Source: Octopus sinensis (taxonomy: Eukaryota). From it: a DNA stretch of 64,000 bases. The position numbers were made by a program, and so were the translations under genes. The notes beneath the pieces are model-generated. The model was not told the origin of the DNA. It saw nothing but the letters and a program-made list of their open reading frames with translations, and ran no database searches. This document shows, one piece after another, positions 50,754-64,000 of this stretch (position 1 is its first letter; the number at the start of each line of letters is the position of its first letter). The stretch is taken from positions 12,710,001 to 12,774,000 of the forward strand of contig NC_043003.1 of the NCBI RefSeq assembly GCF_006345805.1. The letters run 5' to 3'.

Positions 50754-53061
50754 GCTGCTTGTGCGAAGCATCAAGTCAGCAATGGTTACTGAATAAGGTT
50801 TCAAAGGTTTACTATCTTGTCTTTTTGTGGTGTATCTTATTAATTATACTCGCTGATCTTGTCCTATAACGTACCCCTATCTATTTTTCGATTTTGCAAA
50901 TAAACGGACAATTCTCTAGCATCAAGAGCAAGACAAATGGCGACGATATTTTAATAGTGATAATTTTAAACAAAAGATGGGAATAATTTCACAAATAACA
51001 AAGAGAATAATTTCAGGCCAACCAACTTGACCATTCGGCATGTGTATAAATTAAGACAACCTGCGGCATACGCAGAGCGAGTGTTTTTATATTGTGGAAC
51101 AGCAAAAACAACAACAGAACGTATTTTTCTTTGGAAATAAGTTTTGGGAGCTAAAAACCTTCTCCACTGGACAGGCAAAATAAAAAAAAAAATCTAATAA
51201 GATATATACACATCTACATATATGGCGATCTTTGAAGACAACGTGCCTCTTTCACTTAGAGTAATTTTTAACGGTACAGATAACAGGGTTTAGAGTGACG
51301 AGGTCATACAAAGGTTAGAAACCTCTGCAGGACGTAACCACAGTAAAGCGGCCACAGATTGATTTTAGGTTGTGCAACATTCGGCTTATTTTGTCCTACA
51401 GAAATGGTTAGAAGCGTGAGTGAATCGAACTGTTTAGAATGTTACAATGACCCGAATAACGCGGGATTTTCGCCTTCGCAGAAAACGGTTTACACTTGAC
51501 CTCAAGCCTTTCCATTACCTTGGCCGACCATTTGTTTACTACCTCAAGGTCTTATAACACAAACTGTTCTTTAAAACTGATTTGCATCAACTCGATTATG
51601 GCCTGACTATTATGACAATTTTATATAAGCGTATTTATACACCGTGGGACACTCTTTGATTTGTGAAGATATACCTACTTTCCAGCAAATACTGGCTCCC
51701 CGCTCCCAATTCACTCGCCATCTCTTACAAACCATTTCATTACCCAACAATTCTGACCTGAAGAATTAAATACGGTTGAGTCTGCTGGCACAAATTTGGC
51801 TTGAATCTAAAGAACAAGTTAATAGAGGAGATTCACAGTTGCTTTAATAGTTTGCGATAGGTCAAGCTAACTGCAAATTGACCAAATATGTCCAACATAT
51901 ATGCATTATCTATCGTTACCACAGTAAACGATGCTAGTAAAACCCCACAGTAGCATGATGTGATACATTTTCGGAGCATTCCTCATGATTCAATGAAAAC
52001 CGCTTCGGAGTGAATGCAAACTGGACAGAACCAGAAGTTACGCATTGATCTTTGTTCTTGAAATATGTGCGTTGTCATTAATGGATTTAGAGCTTTCCGA
52101 TTGTTATCGGTGGAATCAATCGAGATACGGATAAGTATGTCCTGGAGGTTGAGACACACGAAACGAAGTATGTCTACAGAAAGTCTGCAAGAGGTCACTC
52201 AAAGAGAACGGCCACAGGAGCTATTACAAGTTCAAGGAGACGCAAAGAAATGGTTCCTTGACGGTAAAAACAGACAGAAAAGTCAGACACATGACCCGAT
52301 ATTATTGGAAATAAAACTGCTCGCGAATCAATAATAATAATAATCATACGCTCTGACATTTGGCACTCACATGATCAGAATAGAATCATTACCACATGTG
52401 TGTGAGTACTACATTGCGAACCATGTAAATCCTGCTAACCATCTTGGGACCGCATATGGTAAAGAGAAAGAGAGAGAGAGTCCTTCTGGACTTATGCCAG
52501 GAAAAGAAATTGAATGAAACATAGAGAAGTTACTGGAAAGAATTTGTAAGAAGATAGCGCATTGAGAAGATTATCATTACTTCGGGAACAATATATATTA
52601 TTGTTTATTATCATGAATTTGATGGTCTGTAGTTATAAAATTACTTTGATCAACTATAGATTAGGATATTCGAGCATTGGCCGAAAACCTCTATTCATTT
52701 CTTTAAAGAATATTTAACGCCAGAGCGTAACTCGACAAATGAAGAAAAGATTTTCGAAACCATCTAGAAGTGAAAGGGTGGCACACTAAACTCAAGAGAA
52801 CACCCTATCTGTCTACCATTATGCATTGTATATGAATTATAAAATTACTGATCTGCTGTGATTTATGGTGATCGAGTATCGGACAAAAATTGCCCTTCAT
52901 TTTTTTTTTTAAACTTATGCTATAGCATTATTTAACGAAATAAAAAAATTTCAAAACAAAGTAATACAACTAGAGAAAGTGTGGCACGCTATACTCAAAG
53001 ACCACTATCTCTCTCTCCCATAACTATATATATATATATAGATATATATGTGCGCGCGCGA

Positions 53062-53100
<39 letters not shown>

Positions 53101-53670
53101 GCGTATATATTTGTCTATGTCATTTTTCTAACAGAAGTAATACAAATACTAGAAAATAAATGGTTGCTTCTGTTCTTATTCAAGTCAAGTGCAAATATTC
53201 GTTCGCTGACATAGTTTTTTTTTAATTCCCGCGGTTAGCATACATTACATTTATTACATGCAAAGTGAAAATGTGAATGGACTGCTATCACAAAACAATA
53301 AACAGAAAAAACAATAGAATGGCATAAACCAAAATATGGAATAAGAAATAGAATGAAAGAAAGCAGAAATGGCATTGCTGCCTTGTCAGAAAATCAATCT
53401 AAATTGTACAGTTTAAATTATTTCTAAAAATTAATTAAAATACAGACACACATACATCTCTATCTCAATTTATACACTTGCATAATTATATACATATATA
53501 TATATTGTTTCTTTTTGCAGTTACGCTTTCGTTTAATTAATTAATTAATAAATGTGCAGCTTTTTTTTTCAATCCCTTTAAAAAAATATCTAGAATCTTC
53601 TACCCCAACACTACCATCATGATGTGCCGATCGTAAGAAATCAATACTTTCTTGTTGATTATGTGTGTAC

Positions 53671-53720
<50 letters not shown>

Positions 53721-54399
53721 TTTTTCTGTTTTCATTTCAAATTATAAGAGCCCGAAGCTTCGAAGTTACTGACGACATTTTCTAATATTTACTTCTATAA
53801 ACATACACATATATGAAAGAGCATACGTTATATTATCCACCCTGACCACAAATATACGGGTGACTATTTTTTCCGACAAGGATTCTAAGACAATATTATA
53901 TATATATAAATTGAAACATTCCTGTCACAACCTGGGACCTTGAAGACTGCTTTAATGCAAGAAACTATACTAGTCCCTTAATATTTGATATTCAATATTT
54001 CATCTATTCAATAAGACAATCAATACTTCACTTCATTTTACTATATATATATATTATTTATACTATATATTCTATATTAATAAAACCTAAAAAACAGAGT
54101 TGGAATTCCTTTGAATAATATATATCCCTCTATACACTATCATACAAACCCCTTTTGAGATATATATATATAAAAGGATGGTATTAAAATACCATTTTGA
54201 TATATATATATATTAAAATACCCCTTTTGATATATATATATATATATATATAAGGATGGTATTATTAAAATACGATCACGAGTGGTAAGCGAATTATCAG
54301 CCGTACAGGCAAATTAATAAAATATATACATACAATATTTGATATGTACATATATACACAAGGGTACTACATGAGTACCTATATCGCTAAAGATAGAAG

Positions 54400-54442
<43 letters not shown>

Positions 54443-55362
54443 ATAGATAGATAGATAGATACATGGTGATCCGAATCAGCCCTAATCGAGTGGAGCTATG
54501 AGATCAAAGGGGTTTCTAACCATGACCATCCTTATCTATTGTGTATCTACTACCTAGGACGATATAAATCCAATGCCGCCTTCCTTTTTGAAGGCAGAGA
54601 AATGGGGAACCAACGTGAGTATAAGCCGGGGGGGGGGGCTATGAAGCCTCTTCAGAGTTACTCAACCTGCAAGAAATAACAGCCAAAAATCTAGGAACCC
54701 TACTGTGTTTTCATAAATAAAAAGGAAAAAGGTGGAGACATTGGACAACACAAAGACCTATGTATATATATATATATATATATAAAGATATATATATATA
54801 AAGGCGGGTGATGGCCATAAGTAGAACGCTTTCGGATGTACCGCATTTAGTCCATTACAATGCAATCATGAATAACAGTGCTACCCCCGAGATTTCATAC
54901 CTAAAAATCAAAATTCTCTTATTTTCTTTAAAGGAAAACATTTGTGTGTGTGTAATATATATATAATGGTAGGTACCCCCCATTCGACCCCGGTATCTGG
55001 TTAGATTTCTTGCTTTATACACCAATAAATGCGGTAGATCTGCTGCACCAGACCCGAAATGATTTAGAGGTGTAAAGGAAAAATATTGGTGAGATATGAT
55101 TTAGGAGGGATATAACTGTTATCTCATCTAAAAGCAGAGCACCCTCGTTGGGTCATTCATATGTCGGGGTTTTAAATGTCCGTTTCTAATCTTGGTCGTT
55201 AAATTTCTTAATAATTATATACTAAAAAGCTGTTTCGTGCATATCTTTGCATCGTAAATAGATGGTGTATAGTGCCATGGGACTAAAAGTATATGTATTA
55301 CACATATTGATTAATATAAAAACGATTAATTACATATCTAATAAGTAATTAAGGATGCGTAC

Positions 55363-55470
55363 CTGAGAGACGACAATGCAACCAGTCTTAGTGAGCTTCT
55401 AGAGCGTTCCAGAAATTTACGACTCACGTGACCTCAGAGCAGGAAAGATGAAATTGTTGCTTGGCAACGG
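55363..55470 (-). promoter_or_regulatory. Candidate FKBP4 promoter and first non-coding exon: HSE, E-box, X-box
   Basis: TTCtaGAGcgTTCcaGAA at 55397-55414; TCACGTGA at 55424-55431; GTTGCTTGGCAAC at 55456-55468; minus-strand donor CAG|GTACG at 55363/55362. Confidence 0.6.
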
Positions 55471-58234
55471 ATTTTATCGAAAATACGGGTTTTCTTTTCC
55501 CTTTTTTTTAATTATTTTTATTGTATTTTGTATCGCTTCCGTTTCTTTTGTTTTCGTTTTTATTTTTTCCGATATTTAAGGATTTCATTTAAATTTGATT
55601 ATTCTTATTTTTTATTTTATTTTTAAAATAACATCCGAATTTTTTTGGGCGTTATATTTTAATTTTGGTAATAAATTTATTTCATTTCTCTTTTTTTCCT
55701 TCTGTGCGTATATTTTCGATCGTTCATAAATTTCTCTGAAAACGAATACTGGCTAAATATTGATTTCGTTTCGTTTCGAAGCTGAGGAACACATACACAT
55801 ATAAATATTTTATTATACATTTGCGCATAGTATAAACTTCCCTTCTATACGTTATTATATACACAATAATACTGCCTTCTTATCAGCTAACGGTCACGTT
55901 TATTGTTTACACTCACGTTTTTGAAATATTCAACAGATCGAATAATAAAATGGTGATTTCTTTAAAAAGTAACAAAATTCGTTAATTTTTCTTCTTTCGT
56001 TCATTCATTAAACATTAAAATTACCTATAAATAAAGCGGACTGAATTTTATTTACATTAATTCTAAATTAGGTAAAAAAAATAATTCTAGACACAGTACC
56101 ATGGGTGAAAAATAGTATGACCACAACCGAAATATTTATATATATTTTTAATTTTTTAAATTTTACTTTCCGCATGTAATCTGCAGTAAACGTCACGTTT
56201 CAGCTTTTTAAATGTAATAATACTATTTTTTTATTATAATCCCGCCATGTTGCTAGTTAAAATAACTAAGCTTTTATTTTATATTTTCATTATAAAAATT
56301 TAGCAGAAATAACTGTGGCTTAAGAGACGAGAGTTTCGTGTATGGCGCTTTGACCCTTCAGTCTCTACAACTTCTACCGATCACTATTAATATATACTCG
56401 TGTTTTGAGTTTTATTGACTTGTTTCCATCGCCAAACCTAACCTTATTAAATTGTTCGACGGGTGCGGAAGAATTATATTTACGTTGTTCTGGGGTTAAT
56501 TTGTTTTGCTTGGGGGATTTTAGGGAGATGTCACCGACTTTAAGACTTATCTTAAAAAGAGTTTTCACATTTATGACTATAAAGGGACGTAACTCAACGT
56601 ACTTAACCACATGCATACGTTCGGAATTTTCTATTTTATGTTAGTTAAAATTAATTTAATTATTCAACAAAAAAAATGCAAACATAATTAGGATCTTTGA
56701 AATTGCCGAAATGCAAGAAATTTAACAACAAATAGCTTACAAACTACAGAATTTTCTCAAGAAAGCCAAGAGAAAAAGATGTTTTATGTAACACATTCTA
56801 CCAGTATACGAAGTTTAAAAGTGTTTAGTTACAAAGAAATTATTTTTTAAATCTGCCGGTCAAAGTGAAAAGATCCAATTATTTTTGACGGAAATAGAAA
56901 TGGATATAAGATCGAATATTTGTCAGTCGATCAAGTAGGCAGGGCCCACATCAGTGGGAGGGAGCCGACACGCCGTAAACGGTACCCGTTCTCTCCTGAA
57001 AGCTTCTTGCGCCCAATATGTGGAGTTTTCGGCTCACGGCTCTTGCGCAAACGATCTGTTTCCAAATCTCGAGAGTGTTCATTATTGTACAATGTTGAGA
57101 CAAGAGCATACATGATTAAATATGAAACTCTAACACGATCGATGAGAGACCAGTCATTGCAAACTGGAGCACGCGGGGTTTTCTGAGTGATACGCCTAAC
57201 AAAAAATTACCTCGAAATTTCTTTGGCAGTGTGACCCCGCCTGGTGATAAGTCACGTCTCATGCGTCCCGCTTCTTGAAAAAGGTTGCCAAATTCGTCTC
57301 AGTTTCTATACACTTTGTCTTTTTGTAAAGGAAGGGATGATATATTAAATAATCTATTCTATTATTTCCCATCGTTGTTTTAAACACCTGGTTGATTACC
57401 TGCATAATCTTAGCTCGTTTTTTAACTCGCTATATTATATGAAATCGTACGACGTTTTTAGGGTAAATATTTCGTAAAGGACCCGTTCGTACCTCGGTGT
57501 GAACGCTAATAGCTGTTACGTGGTGGCAGGGTGTGCTAGAAATAGCAGTCAAATCTTACCTTTTCTGGAAAAAAGAGCCGTTTACGCGTGATTTCGAATG
57601 TCACCTTCGTTGAAAGTATACGAAATAACCTGGAAAAGCAAAAAAAAACAACCCACGAAACAAAACTCCGCGGTTCCCTTCACCCCCTCCACCCTACTTT
57701 CTTTTCCAGAAAAAAGTAGCTTGTGGTGGGTTTGGAGATCAGATTCGTTGAAGGCACTCGAAAAACCCTGTGGAAAAAAATTATTTCATACCGAGGTACA
57801 AATGAGTTCTTTATGGAATATTTACCGTTTTTAGTTTGCCAAACGCTCCCTTGAGGTATTTTTTTTTCTCCCACAACATTGATAAATTTCACAAAAGTCT
57901 TCTTTGCTCATTTCAAGAATTCTGTGAAAGTTCCTTATTTCAAATGCTGAGAGTTTCATTTCAATATCTTTTGAGCATATACGTGTCTCATACCCATACA
58001 ATAACAGTTAACATACAACATATTAATCTTAGTTTGTCTTTCATTGCAATATCCTTGCTGCCCCAGATTTTACTCAGATATTGTTCTTTGCTAATTGTCC
58101 AGTATCTATAGTAAGTTGTCTTTTTATATCAGTCTTCCATGTTATACTTTGCTGTATCTTAGAAGGGTCGTTATGCGAATAATAAACACATGCACTGGTT
58201 CTATTTTACTTCTTTTATCATTATTGGTCAATTA

Positions 58235-58762
58235 TTGGGTTGTCCGGAAAGTTTGTGCCTTTTTTTAAAAGAAAGAGAAAGGTCAATAAATACTTGTCAT
58301 TACATTTTTAATCAACCAAATATGAACCATTTTGTTGCACAATGCGTCTCCATCTTTCCTTTAACGTGAAAATACCTTCTTCCCACAATTCAGGTGGTTT
58401 CATGGCAAAGAATTCATCAAGGTATCTTTTTACGTCATCCAAAGAATTGAAATTTTTACCATTAAGACTATTCTGCAGAGATCTAAATAAGGAGAAATCC
58501 AAAGGAGCAATATCTGGTGAATATGGAGGGTCGGGTAACACATCCCAGCTGAGCTGCAGCAATTTTTGACTGGTTCCCAAGCATCAAGTGCCGAAAATGA
58601 ACTTTCTTCCATTTTAAAGGGTTACAGAATTAACACAGGTTATAGGAACATAAACCTTCTTCCATGAAAAGATAGCTTAAACTGTGCTCTAAATGGAGAT
58701 GTAGTCAAATCCTATTTTATGGACTCGACCATGTTCTAAAATAAGTTGAAAGGTAAGCTACT
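58235..58762 (-). mobile_element. Internally deleted mariner derivative
   Basis: TA|TTGGGTTGTCCGGAAAG TIR-like end; WDVLPDPPYSPDIAPLDFSLFRSLQNSLNGKNF...ERWRRIVQQNGSY fused directly to an ATGGAAGAA start region. Confidence 0.85.
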
Positions 58763-59324
58763 TTCATATATATATCTGTGATAGGCTTCTTTCAGTTTCC
58801 GTTGACCAAATCCACTCACAAGGTTTTGGTTGGCCTGAAACTATAGAAGACACTTTCTCAAGGGGTACCATACAGTGGGACTGAACCTGGAACCATGTGG
58901 CTGGGAAACAAACTTTTTACCACATAGCCACCTGTGTCTATGTGTATCTATATTTCTGAACACATGTGCCAATGTGTGTGAGTTTGCCTCTAGTGCCAAA
59001 AATACTGTTGTCAAAAGAGACTCATTATCCAAATAGCCAAGCCCCGTCACCTCATTCTAATCCTTTTGATAACAAAATATTTGGAACTGTCTCCAGTTCT
59101 CTGATACAAGCTTCTTGTTTCAGAGTGATTTAAATTAAAATCTTCCATCAATATTTCATCGTAACCCTTCTGATATCAACCTACTCGAGTCTGCTCCTGG
59201 CTCTGTAGTGCATATGTCTGGGTTCCAAATGTTTTGAATTAAAATCTTCCACTAAAACTTAATCATAATTTATGTTCCTAACACAACCTTGATAATAACA
59301 AAGCTATTTTGCCAAATTTTACCA

Positions 59325-60159
59325 AGTGTCTGTGTGGTAAGTAGCTAGCTTACCAACCACATGTTTCCAGGTTCAGTCCCACAGTGTGGCATCTTAGGCA
59401 AGTGTCTTCTACTATAGCCTTGGGCTGACCAAAGCTTCGTGAGTGGATTTGGTAGACGGAAACTGAAAGAAGCCCATCAAATATATATATATATATAACT
59501 AATATAGGATAAAATTTTTTTTGGGAAAAAAATTTTATCAATGGCCAGCATATCAAAAAATACCTTTAAAGGTTAGATTTATAAATAATTTACAAGATAA
59601 GGGCAAAAGAAAAATTCTGATGCCAAATATGCCGAAAAAAAGACAAAACTTTTCAATAACCATTATAATTTATGCGTCTCGAAACAAACTGATAGAAATT
59701 TCTAAAAAATTCATTACCGTATTGGTCCAATTTCAGGATTAATTAATAAGAAATTTTCCCCTCTTCAGCGGCAAATATGCGAGATATATGTGAAATACTT
59801 ACTCATACCCATGGAAAAAGCAAACACCAAGTCCTGAGCAGACCTATGTACCCCAAATATATCCAAAATAGAGAAATCTTCGGCACAACTAGAAACTTTC
59901 ACAGAGTGAGAGAATACGGAAGTGAAACACTATTCAATTTATAACTAATATAGGATAAAATTTTTTTTGGGAAAAAAATTTTATCAATGGAAAATTTCTT
60001 ATTAATTTACCCTGAAATTGGACCAATACGGTAATAACGAATTTTTTAGAGATTTCTATCGGTTTGTTTCGAGACGCAAAAATTATAATGGTTATTGAAA
60101 AGTTTTGTCTTTTTTTCGGCATATTTGGCATTAGAATTTTTCTTTTGCCCTTATCTTGT

Positions 60160-60191
<32 letters not shown>

Positions 60192-60435
60192 CGTATGTAT
60201 GTGTGTATGTGTGTATATGTTTGTGTTTCTGTGGTTGTCAACCCATCCCCCATCGCTTGACAACCGATGCTGGTGTGTTTACATCTCCGTTACTTAGTGG
60301 TTCGGTAAAAAGAGTCCGATAGAATAAGTACTAGGTTTACAAAGAATAAGTTCTAGGGTAAATTTGCTCAACTAAAGGCGCTACTCCAGCATAGCTGCAG
60401 ACAAATGACTGAAACAAAGTAAAAGAGTAAAGAGA
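59325..60435 (+). mobile_element. SINE family A split in its (TA)n by a 670-bp insertion
   Basis: Head at 59325-59480 and tail at 60190-60435 match 4985-5389. Confidence 0.8.
59495..60166. repeat. Composite insertion with 50-bp direct repeat (containing a hairpin) and ~175-bp inverted repeat
   Basis: 59495-59544 equals 59941-59990; 59585-59759 is the inverse of 59989-60166. Confidence 0.9.
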
Positions 60436-60939
60436 GTGCTGCGTGATGGAAAACTGAGAGTATATTTCAAATTAATTGAAATAAACATTGGTTATCTCAA
60501 CAGAAATATGAGAACACAAGGGTTAATATGGGTTCCAAACACCAGCAGAGTAATGATAAAATTCCTTTTGCAAAACTCATTATTTTCAAAATTAATTAAA
60601 ACAAAGCTGTGTACTTAAACAGAAATGTGGTGATAAAATGGTTAATGTAATTAAGCCAGTGGCTCGTTAATCCATTTAGAAATTCCTAGAAGGGTTCAAA
60701 TTTCATCTTCTTTGCCATTATAATAAGTCAGTTAAGGTGATTTTTTTTTTTTACCAAAACTAAGAATGTTGACCCACAGTTAAGTGTTTGTCCAAGCAAA
60801 GCCATTGTTACAAAAGATCCTTTGTCTCTGGAAACCTCAGTCAACTGAGTAATTAAACTCCTACCATTGAACTGATAACAGTGATTATAACATGTCATCG
60901 AGTTAAATTACAGCATCACAGTGATGACATTGAGAATAA

Positions 60940-61545
60940 GGTGGCAAGTTGGCAGAAATGTTAGCACACTGGGTGAAATGCTTAGTGGTATTTCGTCTGT
61001 CTTTACGTTCTGAATTCAAATTCTGCCGAGGTCGACTTTGCCTTTCATCCTTTCAGGGTCGATTAAATAAGTACCAGTTACGCACTGGGGTCGATATAAT
61101 TGACTTAATTCGTTTGTCTGTCCTCTCTGTATTTAGCCCCTTGTAGGTAGTAAAGAAATAGGTATTTCGTCTGTCTTTACGTTCTGAGTTCAAACTCTGC
61201 CGAGGTCGACTTTGCTTTTCATCCTTTCAGGATCAATAAATTAAGTACCAGTTATGCACTGGGGTCAATGTAATCGACTTAATCCCTTTGTCTGTCCTTG
61301 TTTGTCTCCTCTATGTTTAGCCCCTTGTGGGCAATAAAGAAATAAGAAACGTTAGCACACCGGGTGAAATGCTTAGCGGTATTTCGTCTGTCTTTACATT
61401 CTGAGTTCAAACTCCGCTGAGGTCAACTTTGCTTTTCATCCATTTGGGGTCAACAAATTAAGTCCCAGTTGCGTACTGGGGTCGATCTAATCGACTGCCC
61501 CCCCTTTCCCCAAATTTTCAGGCCTTGTGCCTAGAGTAGAAAAGA
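60940..61545 (+). mobile_element. SINE family C trimer
   Basis: Three tandem modules after a GGTGGCAAGTTGGCAGAA head. Confidence 0.8.
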
Positions 61546-61962
61546 ATGATGACATTGACAATGATGATGATGATATAGGTTTATACTTTATCTATAGAAG
61601 CTGACTAGAATCAACTATTTAACATTTTGCTACCAAACTCCATTACTAACAAGTAATATCGACTGACTTTAATGGATGAGAGACTAAAAGTAATGGCTCC
61701 TATGCTTTCACAAAGACAGAAATATAGTTTCAGCTGAGAATATAATATGGATCACCAGATTAGTTTGCTTTTTATTGATTTATAAAATTGTTATACAAGG
61801 AAATTTATAGGTGTAGGTGTGACCGTGAAGTAAGAAATTTGCTTCCAACCACATGGTTCTGGGTTCAGTCCCACTGCATGTCACCTTGGACAAGTGTCCT
61901 CTACTATAGCCTTGGGCTGACCAAAGCCTTGAGTAGATTTGGTAGATGGAAACTGAAAGAAG

Positions 61963-62193
61963 GTGGCAAGCTGGCAGAAACGTTAGCATGCCAGGCGAAA
62001 TGCTTAGCAGTATTTTGTCGGTCTTTACGTTCTGAGTTCAAATTCCATCGAGGTCGACTTTACCTTTCATCCTTTTGGGGTCGATTAGATAAGTACCAGT
62101 TACGCACCGGGGTCGATATAATCGACTTAATCCGTTTGTCTGTCCTTGTTTGTCCTCTCCATGTTTAGCCCCTTGTGGGCAATAAAGAAATAA
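61963..62193 (+). mobile_element. SINE family C monomer nested in a family-A SINE (61808-62220)
   Basis: 14-bp TSD GAAACTGAAAGAAG at 61949-61962 and 62194-62207. Confidence 0.88.
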
Positions 62194-63159
62194 GAAACTG
62201 AAAGAAGCCCGTTGTGTATGTGTTAGATGGTTAGATGCAGGTGTGGCTGTGTGGTAAAAAGTCTACTTCCCAACCACATGGTTCTGGGTTCCGTTCCATA
62301 ATGTGGCACTTAGGACAAATGTCTTCTACAAAAGCACCACATTGACCAAAGCCTTGCAAGAAGATTTTTTTTAGATGGAAACTGATTGAACCCTGATATT
62401 TATGTACGTGTGTTTGTGCGTGTGCACATACGTACGTGTGTCTATATTTATATCTCCTTCCCTTGACACCCCATAGTAATTATAAAATAATATCTCCATC
62501 ATGCAGGCAGTATCATTCGTTTCCAATCTTTTATGTAAGCATATTTGGCCACATGGAAATATTACCTTGCTGCGAAACGGACGAGGGTAGTTGACAGGAA
62601 AAGCATCCAACAACAGAAAACCTGTCCCGACAAATTTCATCTGACCCATGAAAGCATGGAAAAAATGGATGTTAAAACGATAATGAAGGACATTATTATG
62701 ATGGTGGTGGTGGTGGTGGTGGTGATAGTGATGATGATGATGATGATGAAGGTGATGGTGATGAGGATGCTGATGATAACTGCAGAACTAAACTTTAAAA
62801 TGCTGATGAGCAAAGACAGTTATATTGATTTCATTTCACTCTGCATGAGGCCAATTTATTTCGGTAGGATAAGGAACAAAGTGAAACTGAATGGAGACTA
62901 GTTAATTATTAATGTGTATTGTATTGAACCCAGAATCATAAAAGTCAGGGTCAATAGCAATGGGATTTGAATTCAGAATGCTAGAATGCTAAAACTAAAT
63001 ACTGCAATTGATTTAATACCAGCGCTGTAGTTTTTTTGCCAACTTTGAAATAAGACATAACAGAAATTTTTTTAGTGTAAATGAAGAAATAATCAATGAA
63101 AATGACCTGAGTATATTTTTTATTGTATTCTTGAGTCCCAGGTCATGTAAGCTCAGTTA

Positions 63160-63410
63160 CCTCCTGGCACTCCATCGGTTACGACGATGAGGGTTCCAGT
63201 TGATCTGATCAACGGAATAGCCTGCTCGTGAAATTAATGAATGTGCAAGTGGCTGAGCACTCCACAAACACATGTACCCTTAACGTAGTTCTCAGGGAGA
63301 TTCAGCATGACACAGAGTGTGACAAGGCTGGCCCTTTGAAATACAGGTACAAGAGAAATAGGAAGAAAGAGTGAGAGGAAGTTGCAGTGAAAGAGTATCC
63401 CTGCTGGATA
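63160..63410 (-). mobile_element. SINE family B tail-type-1 fragment
   Basis: Reverse complement of 12985-13185; similar copy at 14585-14870. Confidence 0.75.
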
Positions 63411-64000
63411 TCCCCCCATATGGAGGGGGGATATCAGGTGTAGTAAAAATAAATAAGTAAATGAGTGGAAATCAGACTGGTGAGTGTGTTAAATTTATAA
63501 AGCACTAAAAGAGAATGACCCTCCCCAGACACAATAAAATATGCTTCAACACACAAATTCACATAAAGAATCTTGCAAACTAAATACAAAAACGAAATTC
63601 AATTGGAATGTTTCTTTTTAATGTCTTTAAAAAGTATTTTTCTTGTAAGATGGAGGAAGAACAGCAGAAAGGAAGGAAGGAAGGAAGGAATGTAGAAAGA
63701 AAGAATACAGAAAAATAGAATTCACGAAAGAAGTTAAAAAACAAAACAAAAACAATACATAAGAACAGAATACAAAAAAGAAACAAAAATAATAAAAAAC
63801 AAATAAATAAATAAAAGAAGAGCTATGGGGAAAATAAATAATAAATAAATACAAATAATTATATCTTTAATTGTCCAAAGAGTATTGATTTCAAATTGTT
63901 GCACAAGGCCGGCAATTTTGAGGGGAGGGGGTTAAGTTGATTACTTCAACCCCAGGGTTCAACTGGTTCTTATTTTATCAAGGCCAAAAGGATGAAAGGC

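Noticed and set aside
56900-57320. CpG-richer patch as promoter or first exon of a third gene
   Set aside because: No coding similarity or downstream exons could be identified by eye

Overview
Eukaryotic, AT- and microsatellite-rich genomic DNA, most likely octopus (coleoid cephalopod). The species call rests on recalled repeat content, not a database search. There is a 100-N assembly gap at 10852-10951. Two convergent multi-exon genes could be assembled by hand with GT-AG boundaries and consistent phases. The first is a tektin-3/5-like gene on + (8 exons, 13824-25212, 5' end uncertain). The second is an FKBP4/FKBP5-like (FKBP52/51) Hsp90 co-chaperone on - (ATG 42691 to stop 27473, plus a frame-shifting cassette exon at 28368-28536), with a candidate promoter near 55.4 kb carrying an HSE, an E-box and an RFX X-box. 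The rest is a dense nest of decayed mobile elements: CR1/L2-like and RTE-like LINE pieces, at least four SINE-like families, mariner and maT-like transposons, hAT-, pogo- and piggyBac-like MITEs, and a Helitron. The most unusual signal is a palindromic retroposon family in FKBP4 introns (35.0-35.5 kb and 37.3-37.5 kb). It joins a tRNA-like Pol III head to a minimal hammerhead-ribozyme core of the Penelope type. Most ORFs in the supplied track are microsatellite translations. Repeat boundaries are approximate unless a TSD or TIR is quoted.
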